A stretch of DNA of 64,000 nt from the IMG/VR virus record IMGVR_UViG_3300028914_000003, positions 1 to 64,000 of that record; one strand, 5' to 3'. The notes beneath the pieces are model-generated. The model was given only the letters and a program-made list of their open reading frames with translations. It was not told the DNA's origin and did not search any database. The translations under genes were made by a program, and so were the position numbers. The stretch's first letter is position 1, and each line of letters starts with the position of its first letter. Source of the stretch: a virus (lineage: Duplodnaviria > Caudoviricetes). Below, piece after piece: positions 1 through 10,076 of this stretch.

Positions 1-789
1 CGGGTCAGGGGTCTCGCCTGCAGGGATATACACACCGGGATAGCTCCATAAGAGATCTGCCTCGGCATTGCCGGTATTACGGGTGATGGTCCAGAAGAGA
101 ACGCCCTCGGCGGTATCGCTCCAGCCCTTCACAAGACGGGCACGCAGCACGGCTGCCCTGTTCCATACGACATACGGTGTCTGTCCCAGTTCCTCGCCGT
201 CGACGGCACACTCGAGCTCCACACGCAGCGGCAGGGAGTCGGGGTTGATAAACCATTCCTCGTTGTACCTGTCGGTACCGAGGATGCCGGTATCGAGGCT
301 GACGGTGCGACGGCCGTCGATGACCTCGGACACCTCGCCGAGCTTTATCCACCAGTAGTCGGGATGGTCGACGACCTTCGGGAAGCCGCGGTCGTCATAC
401 TGACCGGACAGGAACTCCTGCGTGACGTAGGAATAGCAGTCGTCATACTGTCCTGCCAGTCCGTAAGGGTTGTCCTGGCTGTACTGCTTCTTGGCGACAA
501 ACACGAGATAGCCGGTGGCATCCTCGCCGGTCACCGATCTCTTCTGCAGACGGGCATAGATGGTGTACGGGCCGTCGCCGTTTCTCAGCGCGCGGTTACG
601 TCCGGAGATAGGCCACTCGCGGTAGGCTCCGGTGTCCGGATCCGGCTTCAGCTCATCGCTGTAGGTGCTGTATACCTTGATCCTGGCGCCACTGGCGACA
701 TAGACGGCAAGGTCGTTTGCATTGCCGTTGGCGTTTGGGATGATGCTGATGTCCGACGGGACGATGTAATATACCGGAGAGGTGCGCAT
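1..789 (-). CDS. Putative virion/tail-associated protein, runs off the left edge (MRTSPVYYIVPSDISIIPNANG...)
   Basis: Manually translated open frame from ATG 789 to base 1 (absent from the ORF track); divergent from the tail-like genes. Confidence 0.6.
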   Translation of the reverse strand, partial: MRTSPVYYIVPSDISIIPNANGNANDLAVYVASGARIKVYSTYSDELKPDPDTGAYREWPISGRNRALRNGDGPYTIYARLQKRSVTGEDATGYLVFVAKKQYSQDNPYGLAGQYDDCYSYVTQEFLSGQYDDRGFPKVVDHPDYWWIKLGEVSEVIDGRRTVSLDTGILGTDRYNEEWFINPDSLPLRVELECAVDGEELGQTPYVVWNRAAVLRARLVKGWSDTAEGVLFWTITRNTGNAEADLLWSYPGVYIPAGETPDP

Positions 790-842
790 TGATATATGTC
801 GTTTCTGATGTATGTGGTGAAAATACGACAAAAAAGGGTCCC

Positions 843-878
843 CGTCAAGGGCACGGACAAGACCGGCTGCCCTTGACG
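843..878. promoter_or_regulatory. 11-bp inverted repeat CGTCAAGGGCA/TGCCCTTGACG in the divergent intergenic region; candidate late-promoter element
   Basis: 843-853 and 868-878 are reverse complements; related GTCCTTGAC at ~5326 upstream of the lysis pair. Confidence 0.45.
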
Positions 879-925
879 AATAGCGGTTGCAGGCATACTT
901 TAACGATAAATATCACAACAACTGC

Positions 926-3900
926 ATGGAACATCTGTCACTTGAAATATTCGACCTCGAAGCGGGTGCTGGCGGCGAGTACGGCAGCAAGTTTGCCTTT
1001 CTGCCGGAGGACGCCTCCGTCACGATAACAAAGACGTCGGAGATATTCGCCAGCGGAGACGTATGGTCGTACTCCTTCACGCTGAACATACCGGCAAATG
1101 CACATATCTTCGGAAGTGCCGGGGATATCCACGGCAGCCGTCTGCATGACATCATCCACAAGCGCAAGGCACGCCTGTGGGCAGAGAAGATACCGCTGTA
1201 TCTGGGCTATCTGACGCTGGAGGACGAAGCGGATGTGGACAAGGACGGCAACATAGACGTGTCTTTCGAGAGCGGACATAAGACATTTGAAGAGATGATT
1301 GACGGCGCCAGCGCACAGCAGGTGCCGATGCTCGGCAATGTAAAGATAGGTGTGGCGCTATGGCGGGAGAGATGGATCAATGTCGGTGCCGAACTGAAGG
1401 CGTCGGCAAAACTGAGTGACGGAAAGAGCACCGGATCGGAAATCATCACACATACCGTAAGACCGTCCATCGCCGGAGACGATGACGAAAGAAAGACCGT
1501 CTTCGTCAGTGACGGCGAGAACGACACCAACTCCGTACAGCCATACCCGAGGATGGTCTTCCCGAAGGGTACGTTCAAGGACTACACCACAGACGAAGAA
1601 TACACCGTCGACTGTGTCAACACGGACTATCCATACACAGAGGACGATAAAGGAACGCCGACACATCCGTACTGCAATGTAGCCCTGTGCTATCAGAAAC
1701 AAGGATACGAGAGGACCGACGAACACGGGAGGGTGGAAATCAATTACAACGAGGAGCCGGAAGCGCAGCGCGGATACGAGTACATGCCGGCAAACCGCGT
1801 CAACTCAGCACCGAACTTCTACGTCATCTACTGGCTACGTGCGCTGATGAAGCATCTCGGTATCTACATCGACGAGAACCAGATGATGGATGTCGAAGAC
1901 CTGCGCAGGCTGTTCTTCGTCAACACCAACTGCGACTACAAGAAACCGAAGCATCTGCGCGGTCCGGAGTACGACTTCTCCTTCGGCAAGTACAAGTTTG
2001 CAAGCTACGGCGGCAGACTCGTACCTGAGCAGTTCGGCGAGGAAACGAAGGACTTTACCGGAAAGAAGGGACTGAGCATCACAAAGAAGCTCATCAAGAC
2101 GGACAAGTGCTGCATGCAGTGCGACGGCTTCCATGTGGACGATGTGTGGTACGTTCCTGACGCGCCGCAGCTCCCGACGCCGGCTGATATCACCGAAATC
2201 AATATTGACGTGAGCGAAATAGCGGCGATGACAAACGAGGTGGTGCAGTTATACAGGGAGAAGAACAGCCTGCTGCATGACGCATACGCCACCAGCAAAT
2301 GCTTCCCCAATGCCAACATATCGGATGTCATCAAGGCCATAGAGGACGGCTTCGGTGTACGCTTCATCTTCAACGACGACTTCAAGCGCGTCCGCATTGT
2401 ACTCATACGCAACACATTCCTGGACGAGAGCATACAGGACATCGCATGTGACATTTTCGGCAATGACGAAAAGGTGGAGAACGTCATCCGCGGTTTCCGT
2501 ATGACATACGGCGAGAGCGAGGATACCAGTTTCTACTATAAGGGATTTGCCGACAAGATGCCGCACAAGAAGAAGCTATGGCCGGATCCGGATGACAAAC
2601 ACGACTACTCGAAATGGGAACTGGATGCACGGTACGGCGACATCATCAACAGGGTGTCTGCATTTGACACCACCTGCTTCGTGACACCTTCGACAGGCAA
2701 TGCCTACGTGATAAAGATTGACAAGGACGCAAAGAGATACTACGAACTGTATCCTTCGCTGTTCGAGAATGCAGGATTCATGGATGCCGAGGACGGTGAC
2801 TGTACGGGCGAAGACGAGACCATCAGCACGGTAACAGTGGGATTCAAGCCGGCCATCATGAACGACCTGAACATGGAGGAAGAGCGCAAGAACCCGGAAG
2901 CGCAGAACCAGCGTTTCGCCCTCTTCGTCGATGACCAGATGAGACCAAGACGCCCGGATCTGAAGGACGGTACGGACTACAACGACCCCGATGCCGTGTA
3001 CGACGTAGACGGAGTCCTCTATGCGAAGAAAGACGGCAAGTATGTCTTCGGCGACATGATGGCAGATGACGGTGTGATCAAACCGGGAGAGTTTGCGATA
3101 ACGTCAGACACCAATATGTCACAAAGTGACCTGCATACCACACTCAGTGAACGTGTCCCATACTCTGTCTACGACCCTACGCATAGCCAATGGGTAGTAA
3201 AATGGGCCACTTGTTACTGGAGATGTACGCTCGGCATCAAGGGATACATCAACGAGGGCTACCGCCTGTATCTTCAGGACAACTTCGAGCCTAACGATGA
3301 CGGCATCGCCCCGATAGAGAGCCATGACTGGGGACTGACGCTTGGCATCATGAGAGGAAGCGGCGACGATGCAGGGGTAAGATACTGGAACGACTATAAG
3401 GACGGAGAAGGAAACGAGACATGGGATATCATACCAGGGTCAAGCGCAACGGCGCATGCTGACACCTGCGACAACTACGGCAACATGTGGGACTATAATG
3501 GCGCAGGCAGCCAGTCCTCGACAGTCAACACAGCCCAGGAGGCCTTGGAAAAGCTGCAGGAACTGTTCGCCGGCAGCAATGCGCCTTTCTTTATACCGGG
3601 AAGCGGATATGTCAGATATGTGACAATCGTTCCGATAGAGGACGACAGGAGCTATATACACCACGCACTCATTGCCGTCAGCCGCAGTATATCCGGGTCG
3701 CTCGACGTCAATTCAATACAATTGCTTCGGGGCCTGAGTGTGTATGATATTATGGCAACGGACATCTCCGGCGCCAAACTGATCATCGAGCTGGACAGCA
3801 GCGAAGAACGCGGCAAGACATTCATGGACCTGTGCAATAAGGCCTACGGCGGAAGCACATCCAATATGGTCATCGACAACGGCGTGGGCTCTCTCTACGG

Positions 3901-4237
3901 CCGCTTCTCGCTGAAACTGAGGGCGGAGAAACTGAATCCGTACTTTGATCCGAAGCAGCCGGAGAGTGCCGAGAACAGCCGATACCTGACGATAGACAAC
4001 GAGAACCTGCGCGGACGCGGCCTGTGCGACCAGTTCTACAAGGAGTACTCGTTCTGGGTGCGCAACGCGCGTATCGTGAAGCGCACGGTCAGAATGGAGA
4101 TGGCACAGCTGCTGGCCATCGACATGACCAAGCGTGTGAAGGTGGGCGACGTGACGGGCTTCGTCCGTAAGATGCAGTACACCGTCAGCGGCAAGACAGG
4201 CCTGGGTATGGTAACAATGGAAATAATGTATATTTAA
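926..4237 (+). CDS. Large phage structural (tail/baseplate-like) protein
   Basis: ~1100 aa, acidic; N-term 'SYSFTLNIPANAHIFG' and C-term beta hairpin resemble Bacteroidota siphophage tail proteins; ATG 926 preferred as start. Confidence 0.6.
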   Translation: MEHLSLEIFDLEAGAGGEYGSKFAFLPEDASVTITKTSEIFASGDVWSYSFTLNIPANAHIFGSAGDIHGSRLHDIIHKRKARLWAEKIPLYLGYLTLEDEADVDKDGNIDVSFESGHKTFEEMIDGASAQQVPMLGNVKIGVALWRERWINVGAELKASAKLSDGKSTGSEIITHTVRPSIAGDDDERKTVFVSDGENDTNSVQPYPRMVFPKGTFKDYTTDEEYTVDCVNTDYPYTEDDKGTPTHPYCNVALCYQKQGYERTDEHGRVEINYNEEPEAQRGYEYMPANRVNSAPNFYVIYWLRALMKHLGIYIDENQMMDVEDLRRLFFVNTNCDYKKPKHLRGPEYDFSFGKYKFASYGGRLVPEQFGEETKDFTGKKGLSITKKLIKTDKCCMQCDGFHVDDVWYVPDAPQLPTPADITEINIDVSEIAAMTNEVVQLYREKNSLLHDAYATSKCFPNANISDVIKAIEDGFGVRFIFNDDFKRVRIVLIRNTFLDESIQDIACDIFGNDEKVENVIRGFRMTYGESEDTSFYYKGFADKMPHKKKLWPDPDDKHDYSKWELDARYGDIINRVSAFDTTCFVTPSTGNAYVIKIDKDAKRYYELYPSLFENAGFMDAEDGDCTGEDETISTVTVGFKPAIMNDLNMEEERKNPEAQNQRFALFVDDQMRPRRPDLKDGTDYNDPDAVYDVDGVLYAKKDGKYVFGDMMADDGVIKPGEFAITSDTNMSQSDLHTTLSERVPYSVYDPTHSQWVVKWATCYWRCTLGIKGYINEGYRLYLQDNFEPNDDGIAPIESHDWGLTLGIMRGSGDDAGVRYWNDYKDGEGNETWDIIPGSSATAHADTCDNYGNMWDYNGAGSQSSTVNTAQEALEKLQELFAGSNAPFFIPGSGYVRYVTIVPIEDDRSYIHHALIAVSRSISGSLDVNSIQLLRGLSVYDIMATDISGAKLIIELDSSEERGKTFMDLCNKAYGGSTSNMVIDNGVGSLYGRFSLKLRAEKLNPYFDPKQPESAENSRYLTIDNENLRGRGLCDQFYKEYSFWVRNARIVKRTVRMEMAQLLAIDMTKRVKVGDVTGFVRKMQYTVSGKTGLGMVTMEIMYI

Positions 4238-4238
4238 T

Positions 4239-5321
4239 ATGGCAGTAACAGTATCAGGGATGTTCGGCGACGACAAGACTTATTTTGCCGACTCGCCAGT
4301 GGTGATAGACATCAGCGGACTGGAATGGGGCGCACAGCCGACCAGCCCCTTCACGATCGTGCGCACCGAGGTGATATACGACAACCGCATCGTCGGTGAG
4401 TTCAAGGCAGACACCGGCAGGCAGACAAGTATCAGCTTCGACATATCGTCGGCACTCAGGGCGATATGGAGTGACTATGGATATACTGCAGAAGTAGCCA
4501 AGGCTAACGCTGCACTGACAGCAAACGGCGGAGAGAGTCACCAGCGTGCCATGCGCCAGTACTCACTGCAGCTGTACACGGAGTATCTTGACAGCCATGA
4601 CGGCGAGCTGAACCCGTCAGGCTACGGCCCGTTTGCTGGAGGACAGTGTCTGACAGGAGGACTGACGGAGTGGGAGAGAGCGGGCGTCGGAAGCAAGGAG
4701 AACGCAGACGCGTCGCACTGGGAGGGCTCGAACCTGCGTAACGGCGATGCCAGCACGAAGCCTGTATCATCGCCGGAGCGTGTGGGAAGCACAAGCATCA
4801 CCTCATGGGTGGACATCAGCGCCACCGGGACAAAGAGTGTCTTCTATCCGGCTGGCACGGAGCCTGAGGAAGACAGCGCGACAGCACATGCACCGCTGGT
4901 GCTGCGCGACAGCATACCCTATGCAGACTTCCTGTTCGTGAACAGGCGCGGTGCCGTGGAGACATGCTCGGCACTGATGAAGGAGGGGATGGCCGTCAAC
5001 ATGAAGACGGACATATACGCGCTGACGGGGAAGCCGGTGTTCAATCCTGAGCGTACGCTGATGAACATACCAAGCGGCGGACCGCGACGCAGCTGGTCGA
5101 TGGCCAGCGGCTACCAGACGCGCGAGTGGGCAGAGTGGTGGGTGACGGAGTTCCTTGCAGCCAAGCGCCACTGGATGCTCTACAAGGGACCGGGCAGGCA
5201 GGCGGCGGAATATGTGCCGGTGACCGTGAAGGCGGCAAAGGACGACAACGCCATATACGACCTGTCGAAACAGCAGATGCCGAGCATCGAGTTCACGGTG
5301 ACGCTGGCACTGGAAGGGTAG
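4239..5321 (+). CDS. Phage structural (distal tail-like) protein
   Basis: 360 aa, directly coupled to the upstream gene; 'FLFVNRRGAVET' motif typical of Bacteroidota phage tail genes. Confidence 0.55.
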   Translation: MAVTVSGMFGDDKTYFADSPVVIDISGLEWGAQPTSPFTIVRTEVIYDNRIVGEFKADTGRQTSISFDISSALRAIWSDYGYTAEVAKANAALTANGGESHQRAMRQYSLQLYTEYLDSHDGELNPSGYGPFAGGQCLTGGLTEWERAGVGSKENADASHWEGSNLRNGDASTKPVSSPERVGSTSITSWVDISATGTKSVFYPAGTEPEEDSATAHAPLVLRDSIPYADFLFVNRRGAVETCSALMKEGMAVNMKTDIYALTGKPVFNPERTLMNIPSGGPRRSWSMASGYQTREWAEWWVTEFLAAKRHWMLYKGPGRQAAEYVPVTVKAAKDDNAIYDLSKQQMPSIEFTVTLALEG

Positions 5322-5387
5322 GGGTGTCCTTGACTGTCTTCCGGAAAATGACGATATTGAAGTGTAACAATCCAAAAAGACAACGAA

Positions 5388-5762
5388 ATGAACCAAGTGA
5401 TGATTGATATTTGGCCGTATCTGATCGTGCCCATAGCAGGCGTGGTCGGATGGCTTTTCCGTCAGGTCTTCGTCCTGAAGTCAGAGGTCGACGTCCTGAA
5501 GAAGTCTGTAGAGAGCCTGCAGACGACTCTGAAGAACACCATCGAGAGCATCGAGAAGACCATCGAGAACATACAGAAGAGACAGGACAGCCACTCCAGG
5601 AAGCAGGATGAGTTCCTGGAAAAGATGAACTCGATGGAGAAGAAGTTCATCGAGCAGGTGGGCGGCGTGCGGACGGACATACAGGGACTGGCATCAGACG
5701 TGAAGGGACTCAGCAACCTGATACTGATATCAGATCCTGGCGTAAAGATAAACCGACAGTAG
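5388..5762 (+). CDS. Membrane-anchored coiled-coil protein (holin/lysis accessory-like)
   Basis: N-terminal TM helix then heptad repeats. Confidence 0.5.
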   Translation: MNQVMIDIWPYLIVPIAGVVGWLFRQVFVLKSEVDVLKKSVESLQTTLKNTIESIEKTIENIQKRQDSHSRKQDEFLEKMNSMEKKFIEQVGGVRTDIQGLASDVKGLSNLILISDPGVKINRQ

Positions 5763-5764
5763 CC

Positions 5765-6097
5765 ATGGGAGAGAGGATAAGACATACCGGCAACGTGCTG
5801 AAGGGACGCTGGCATCAGAAGATGCCGCGGTTCTTCTACTGGCTGGTGGTCATCGCCTGCGGCATCGGCGGCACAGCCTTCGCCGTACACAGCGGCGTGC
5901 TGGCCCTCGGCGGCACTCACGCGGAATGGTGGGAGGAAGCATACAGGTATATCATAGGCGGCTGCATTGCCACGGTGTTCGTATGCAAGTTCACCGTGGC
6001 AGGCGGCTACAAGGACATCAACCCGGACCGGCTGCAGAAGGACGGCAACGTCATCAGGGAGAAGGGCGGTGATTCCGACGAAAAGAATGATGATTGA
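5765..6097 (+). CDS. Putative holin (2 TM helices, charged tail)
   Basis: Two hydrophobic segments, acidic/basic C-terminus, last gene of the late block. Confidence 0.5.
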   Translation: MGERIRHTGNVLKGRWHQKMPRFFYWLVVIACGIGGTAFAVHSGVLALGGTHAEWWEEAYRYIIGGCIATVFVCKFTVAGGYKDINPDRLQKDGNVIREKGGDSDEKNDD

Positions 6098-6162
6098 AGA
6101 AAGTCATGGCAACATAGGTTTTTAGTCAAATATATTGATAGATTGTTTGTTTTAGAAAGCAC

Positions 6163-6195
6163 AAAGACTGCCAGCCGTGAGGTTCGCAGTCTTTT
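6163..6195. terminator. Bidirectional intrinsic terminator between convergent blocks
   Basis: AAAGACTGC...GCAGTCTTTT stem with A/T tails. Confidence 0.7.
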
Positions 6196-6216
6196 CATGT
6201 AATGGCGGTGATGGTA

Positions 6217-6555
6217 TCAGTCGAAGCCGAAGGCTTTGTCTATCTCTATCTCCGTCTCGTCGGGTTCGTGTTTCGGCTCCAGCATGTACGCCGGTGTCTT
6301 CTCGGGCTTCAGCAGATAGTCGGGTATCCATGTCTCGTCGAGCTTGCCGCCAGGTGTGTCGTGGAAGCGGAGACGGCGGAAGCCGTGACGGATGTCTATA
6401 CACTCACCGACACGTCCGTTCCATCGGTCGCGTATATCCCTGAGGGCACACCTGAAGTCACGCTCGTTCTCGTAGCCGTGCAGCAGGTGCTCGGAGAGAG
6501 GCGCACAATCAAGGTCATCGGCGACGACACGGAAGAAATTCATTCCTTCTTTCAT
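6217..6555 (-). CDS. Hypothetical protein
   Basis: 112 aa, overlapping-gene chain. Confidence 0.7.
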   Translation of the reverse strand: MKEGMNFFRVVADDLDCAPLSEHLLHGYENERDFRCALRDIRDRWNGRVGECIDIRHGFRRLRFHDTPGGKLDETWIPDYLLKPEKTPAYMLEPKHEPDETEIEIDKAFGFD

Positions 6556-6956
6556 GGCTCTGTCTTTTTTGGTTCATACTCCACCACCTCAAAGGAATCC
6601 CTGCGCAGCCATAGAGACCACCAGCGGCGGCGGCGCCGCAGAAGCACAGTGCATATCAGGTCGTGAGGTTCATTGTCCTGCACGACATGCACGGCGAAAG
6701 ATCTGTTCAGATACTCTTTCCCTTCCGTGGACTTCCAGCCGGCATAGGTGCGCAGGTGACGTACAACCTTGCCGAGTGACATACACTGACGGAAGATATC
6801 GTCCGCGGTGTCAAACCCTGACAGCGACGGGAGAGCCGTCTGGGTGATGTATGCCTCATGCTTACCTTCCTCCACTTGCAGGAATCCGTTATTCTCATAC
6901 GCGTGCAGCATCTCAAAATAGTCGAGCCATGGCTGCATATCCTTACTTTTTGCCAT
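6552..6956 (-). CDS. Hypothetical protein
   Basis: 134 aa, 4-bp overlap with next gene. Confidence 0.7.
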   Translation of the reverse strand: MAKSKDMQPWLDYFEMLHAYENNGFLQVEEGKHEAYITQTALPSLSGFDTADDIFRQCMSLGKVVRHLRTYAGWKSTEGKEYLNRSFAVHVVQDNEPHDLICTVLLRRRRRWWSLWLRRDSFEVVEYEPKKTEP

Positions 6957-7119
6957 CGCCGTTCACTTTATTAACGAGAAATGCCGTCATGAGAATGCAG
7001 ACCAACAGAAGCATAATAATGATGCCGGCAGACACCTGAAGGGGTAAAATCCAGCCCGCACCAAGGCCCATTGCAAAGATAATTGCAAAAAAAGCGATGT
7101 TTGTAACAATGTTTTTCAT
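6943..7119 (-). CDS. Small 2-TM membrane protein (58 aa)
   Basis: Manual translation MKNIVTNIAFFAIIFAMGLGAGWILPLQ... Confidence 0.55.
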   Translation of the reverse strand: MKNIVTNIAFFAIIFAMGLGAGWILPLQVSAGIIIMLLLVCILMTAFLVNKVNGDGKK

Positions 7120-7148
7120 TTATTTAACATTTTAATAATGATGTTTGT

Positions 7149-7454
7149 TTACCATATATCCATTTCCTGAGACGGACCTTCAGCCGAATCCCGGGATGCA
7201 GCGCCATGACTGGTGTCCTTTACCGCAGGTGCAGCCTGCTCATCCTCCCACCGCCTGCCATTGAGCCAGCCTTGCGGGTACTTGATGCCAACACCCGTCT
7301 GCCGGATGTATTCGCAGTAACGGTGGATGCCGTTGTACGCGGCATGCTGATCCTTGGCGGACAGGCGCATCCATGCACGCTCGGCATCACGCTTACCCAC
7401 GTGAAGCGGGTAGGCTTTCCAGAAGTCTTCAAATGTAATCTTCTTGTTTGTCAT
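7149..7454 (-). CDS. Replication-initiator C-terminal-like (DnaD-like) domain protein
   Basis: FEDFWKAYP..VGKRDAERAW...YPQGWLNGRRWED motif. Confidence 0.6.
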   Translation of the reverse strand: MTNKKITFEDFWKAYPLHVGKRDAERAWMRLSAKDQHAAYNGIHRYCEYIRQTGVGIKYPQGWLNGRRWEDEQAAPAVKDTSHGAASRDSAEGPSQEMDIW

Positions 7455-7455
7455 A

Positions 7456-7707
7456 CTATTCTCCTTTCTGTGCTTTAATCCCAAGTTCAAAGAAATGTTT
7501 GGCAAGGTGCTTTATATTTACTGTTGCTACATCTCCTCTATATTCAAAATACTTTTTCCATTCAGATTCAAAATCCACCTCTTTCACTTCAAGGGTGTCA
7601 AGAAAAGAAAGCATATCTTTCAAACATACCAAATAACCACTATGATGTTCTTTTATTCTTTTTTCTATCTCCGCTACTACAACGGTTTTGGGTATGTACT
7701 GTTCCAT
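7456..7707 (-). CDS. Hypothetical protein (AT-rich island)
   Basis: 83 aa, ends AKHFFELGIKAQKGE. Confidence 0.7.
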   Translation of the reverse strand: MEQYIPKTVVVAEIEKRIKEHHSGYLVCLKDMLSFLDTLEVKEVDFESEWKKYFEYRGDVATVNIKHLAKHFFELGIKAQKGE

Positions 7708-7710
7708 AAT

Positions 7711-7902
7711 CTAACTTTTTGATATAACAACAACTTCTTCTATAATAATTTCCTTATTACGACGATAAGGTGATAAATTACCAGCCTTTTCAACTGCGTC
7801 AATAAATGTCTTAGCATTTACTTCGTCCAAATCAAATAAACACTGAATATTCTTTTTTGTGCCATTTTCATGCCAGCCGTATGCTTTTACAAAATATGTC
7901 AT
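7711..7902 (-). CDS. Hypothetical protein
   Basis: 63 aa, tight packing. Confidence 0.6.
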   Translation of the reverse strand: MTYFVKAYGWHENGTKKNIQCLFDLDEVNAKTFIDAVEKAGNLSPYRRNKEIIIEEVVVISKS

Positions 7903-7906
7903 ACCA

Positions 7907-8161
7907 TTACTCTCCTTTCATGTACTTTCTAAAGTCCTCAACTACTTTTTTATGGGCTATATGCGCCTCGTTTGTTGGCTTTCCTGTCGCAGTATCATAC
8001 TCAACGTGGATATAATCGTCCATGTTTGTTTTAATCCACTCGCAAGCCTTCTCAATAAAGGCATCTTCCATGACATACACAGTATCACCTTCAAGTGGTG
8101 TCACCATTGCATCATTGTAGTCGAAAAGATATATCTTTTCGGGCATTTCGTTTGGTTTCAT
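7907..8161 (-). CDS. Hypothetical protein
   Basis: 84 aa; 'PEKIYL...DAFIEKACEW' motif recurrent in Bacteroidota phages. Confidence 0.7.
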   Translation of the reverse strand: MKPNEMPEKIYLFDYNDAMVTPLEGDTVYVMEDAFIEKACEWIKTNMDDYIHVEYDTATGKPTNEAHIAHKKVVEDFRKYMKGE

Positions 8162-8165
8162 AACT

Positions 8166-8468
8166 TTATTCCATTAAATCGTGAATATAACTATTGCATT
8201 TTTCCCACATTTCTCTTTCAAATTGTTTTTTATCGCTATCAGTCCACTTCACAACTTTTCCATCAGCAACTTCTCCCCATCTGCCTTTGAGTACATTGCG
8301 AATATAGAAATCGGTCATTTTACGCATAACTTCCACATTCTTCATATAACGCTTACTCGTGTACTCTTTCCAGAGTACCTTTATATCCCTAATGCTTGTA
8401 GGGAATCTAAAACTAATATTTTTCATAACTATTTCTCCATTAGTTTCTTTAATCCTTAAATCCCCCAA
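8166..8468 (-). CDS. Hypothetical protein
   Basis: 100 aa. Confidence 0.6.
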   Translation of the reverse strand: MGDLRIKETNGEIVMKNISFRFPTSIRDIKVLWKEYTSKRYMKNVEVMRKMTDFYIRNVLKGRWGEVADGKVVKWTDSDKKQFEREMWEKCNSYIHDLME

Positions 8469-9679
8469 ACATAGGCTGGCCTGTCAGGTTGTAATATTTT
8501 TGCTTTAACAACTCTTGTACAGCCTTACTGATACCTGTTAGATTACCTCTTACAACTTTTGCAAATTCTTCAAGTTCATAATGCTCATCACTCGGCTTCC
8601 ACTGTTTCTGAGGACGAATAGAGTTGAGCCAATCATGTGACTTCCCATATTCTTCCAATTCAACATTTGGGTGGGAGTGTAATCTTGCAATAATAAGATT
8701 AAGCATCTTCTCGTCTTCCTCGCTCCACTCTACAGGCTGCTCACCTTGCCTTTCAAGCCAAGCAATAATGTCGGAGATTTTTAGTGTGCAATCGGGGTCA
8801 ATGTACCTATCCTTTTTTGATGTAAGGCGGTCAAAGTGTTCTATTAAACCTTTCCTAATCCTCTCGTCCTCGCTTTCAGCAAGTTCGGGCATGATATTAT
8901 TCATTACGCAACAGAAACGTTCATCGTTCACACTTTCGTCGTTGTAAGCATCTGTCAACTTGGCAACGAGTTCTTTATATTTCTTCTCGTAATCCATAAC
9001 TATAATGTTTTTTTGTTCAATAGCAAGTTTCTTTAGTTCTTTTGTTTCAGCATCCCATTCGTAGCCACACTCGCGCATCTTATCGAAGAGCACCTGTCGC
9101 TGCTCCAGAGTGGCTGGATGGAAGTCAAGCGTCAAATTCCCCATGAAGTCGCCGGCTTTTTTATGTGCGTGGCCTGTACTAAAATTGTACATGAAATAGT
9201 AGTCCACCACTTGCATAGAGCCGTTCATGGCAAATCCAGCACAGATGAATATCATCGTCCCAAACGTATTATCCTTTAGTACCAGCACATCACCGTCCTT
9301 TGCATCTTTTGTAATATCCCAAAGTCTCCACTCATCTTCAAATATTGTTGCAGAATAGCCGTCCGTGTGCTTATATACGCCATTCTTATAAGATAAGATT
9401 TGTTTAACTATTCCGTCCTCATCGACCACCCAATCACCAACCTTAAACTTTGGTTCAACCTTTTCAGCAGGCTTCTGTTCATCCATAGTAGCCATAGCAA
9501 CTTTTTCACCATTCATTATCTTAATACTTTCTCTTACAATTTTGGCATCAACAATATAACCATTAGATTCCAAAGTATCAGCAAGTTTGCTGGCATATCC
9601 CTTTGCTTTTTTCTTTATTTAATTTTTCCTCACGTTCAGCATATTGCAGTTGACGTTTAAGTCGTTCTTTATCAAACAT
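8449..9679 (-). pseudogene. KFKVGDWVV/DAKDGDVL repeat protein; apparent frameshift at 9607-9612 and in-frame fusion to a gene starting MDYEKKYK at 8997
   Basis: The ATG 9679 frame joins the 9573 frame if one A of an A6 run is removed; internal ATG has its own AT-rich leader. Confidence 0.5.
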
Positions 9680-9681
9680 AA

Positions 9682-10074
9682 TCACAACATTTTAAGTTCA
9701 TGTAGTTTAATAATCATTTCCACACAAGCATCAACAGGATTGTCTGCTGATGTAATGCAATTATTCAACCAATTGGTTTCATCTTCATAATCAACAAACC
9801 AACTATTTGTGTATTGAAGAGTTGATATTCTATAACCTCCTTTTGAAAGACTTGTACTTATGGTTTCGCTATTAGGTAAAACACTAAGCAATGCTGCAAG
9901 ACTCCAACAAGGGATAGCGGTATTATCTGCTGTAACTAATCCATCATCAATATATTTAGACATCACAGGGATAGTTCCATCTAATGCTAAGAACATATCC
10001 GCACTTTCAAGTGGGAGTATTTTAGCAAGTTTCTTGCTTTGTTCTATGTCTGTGTATGCTTTAATTGTTGTCAT
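9682..10074 (-). CDS. Hypothetical protein (AYTDIEQSKKL...PCWSLAALL family)
   Basis: 130 aa. Confidence 0.7.
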   Translation of the reverse strand: MTTIKAYTDIEQSKKLAKILPLESADMFLALDGTIPVMSKYIDDGLVTADNTAIPCWSLAALLSVLPNSETISTSLSKGGYRISTLQYTNSWFVDYEDETNWLNNCITSADNPVDACVEMIIKLHELKML

Positions 10075-10076
10075 AG

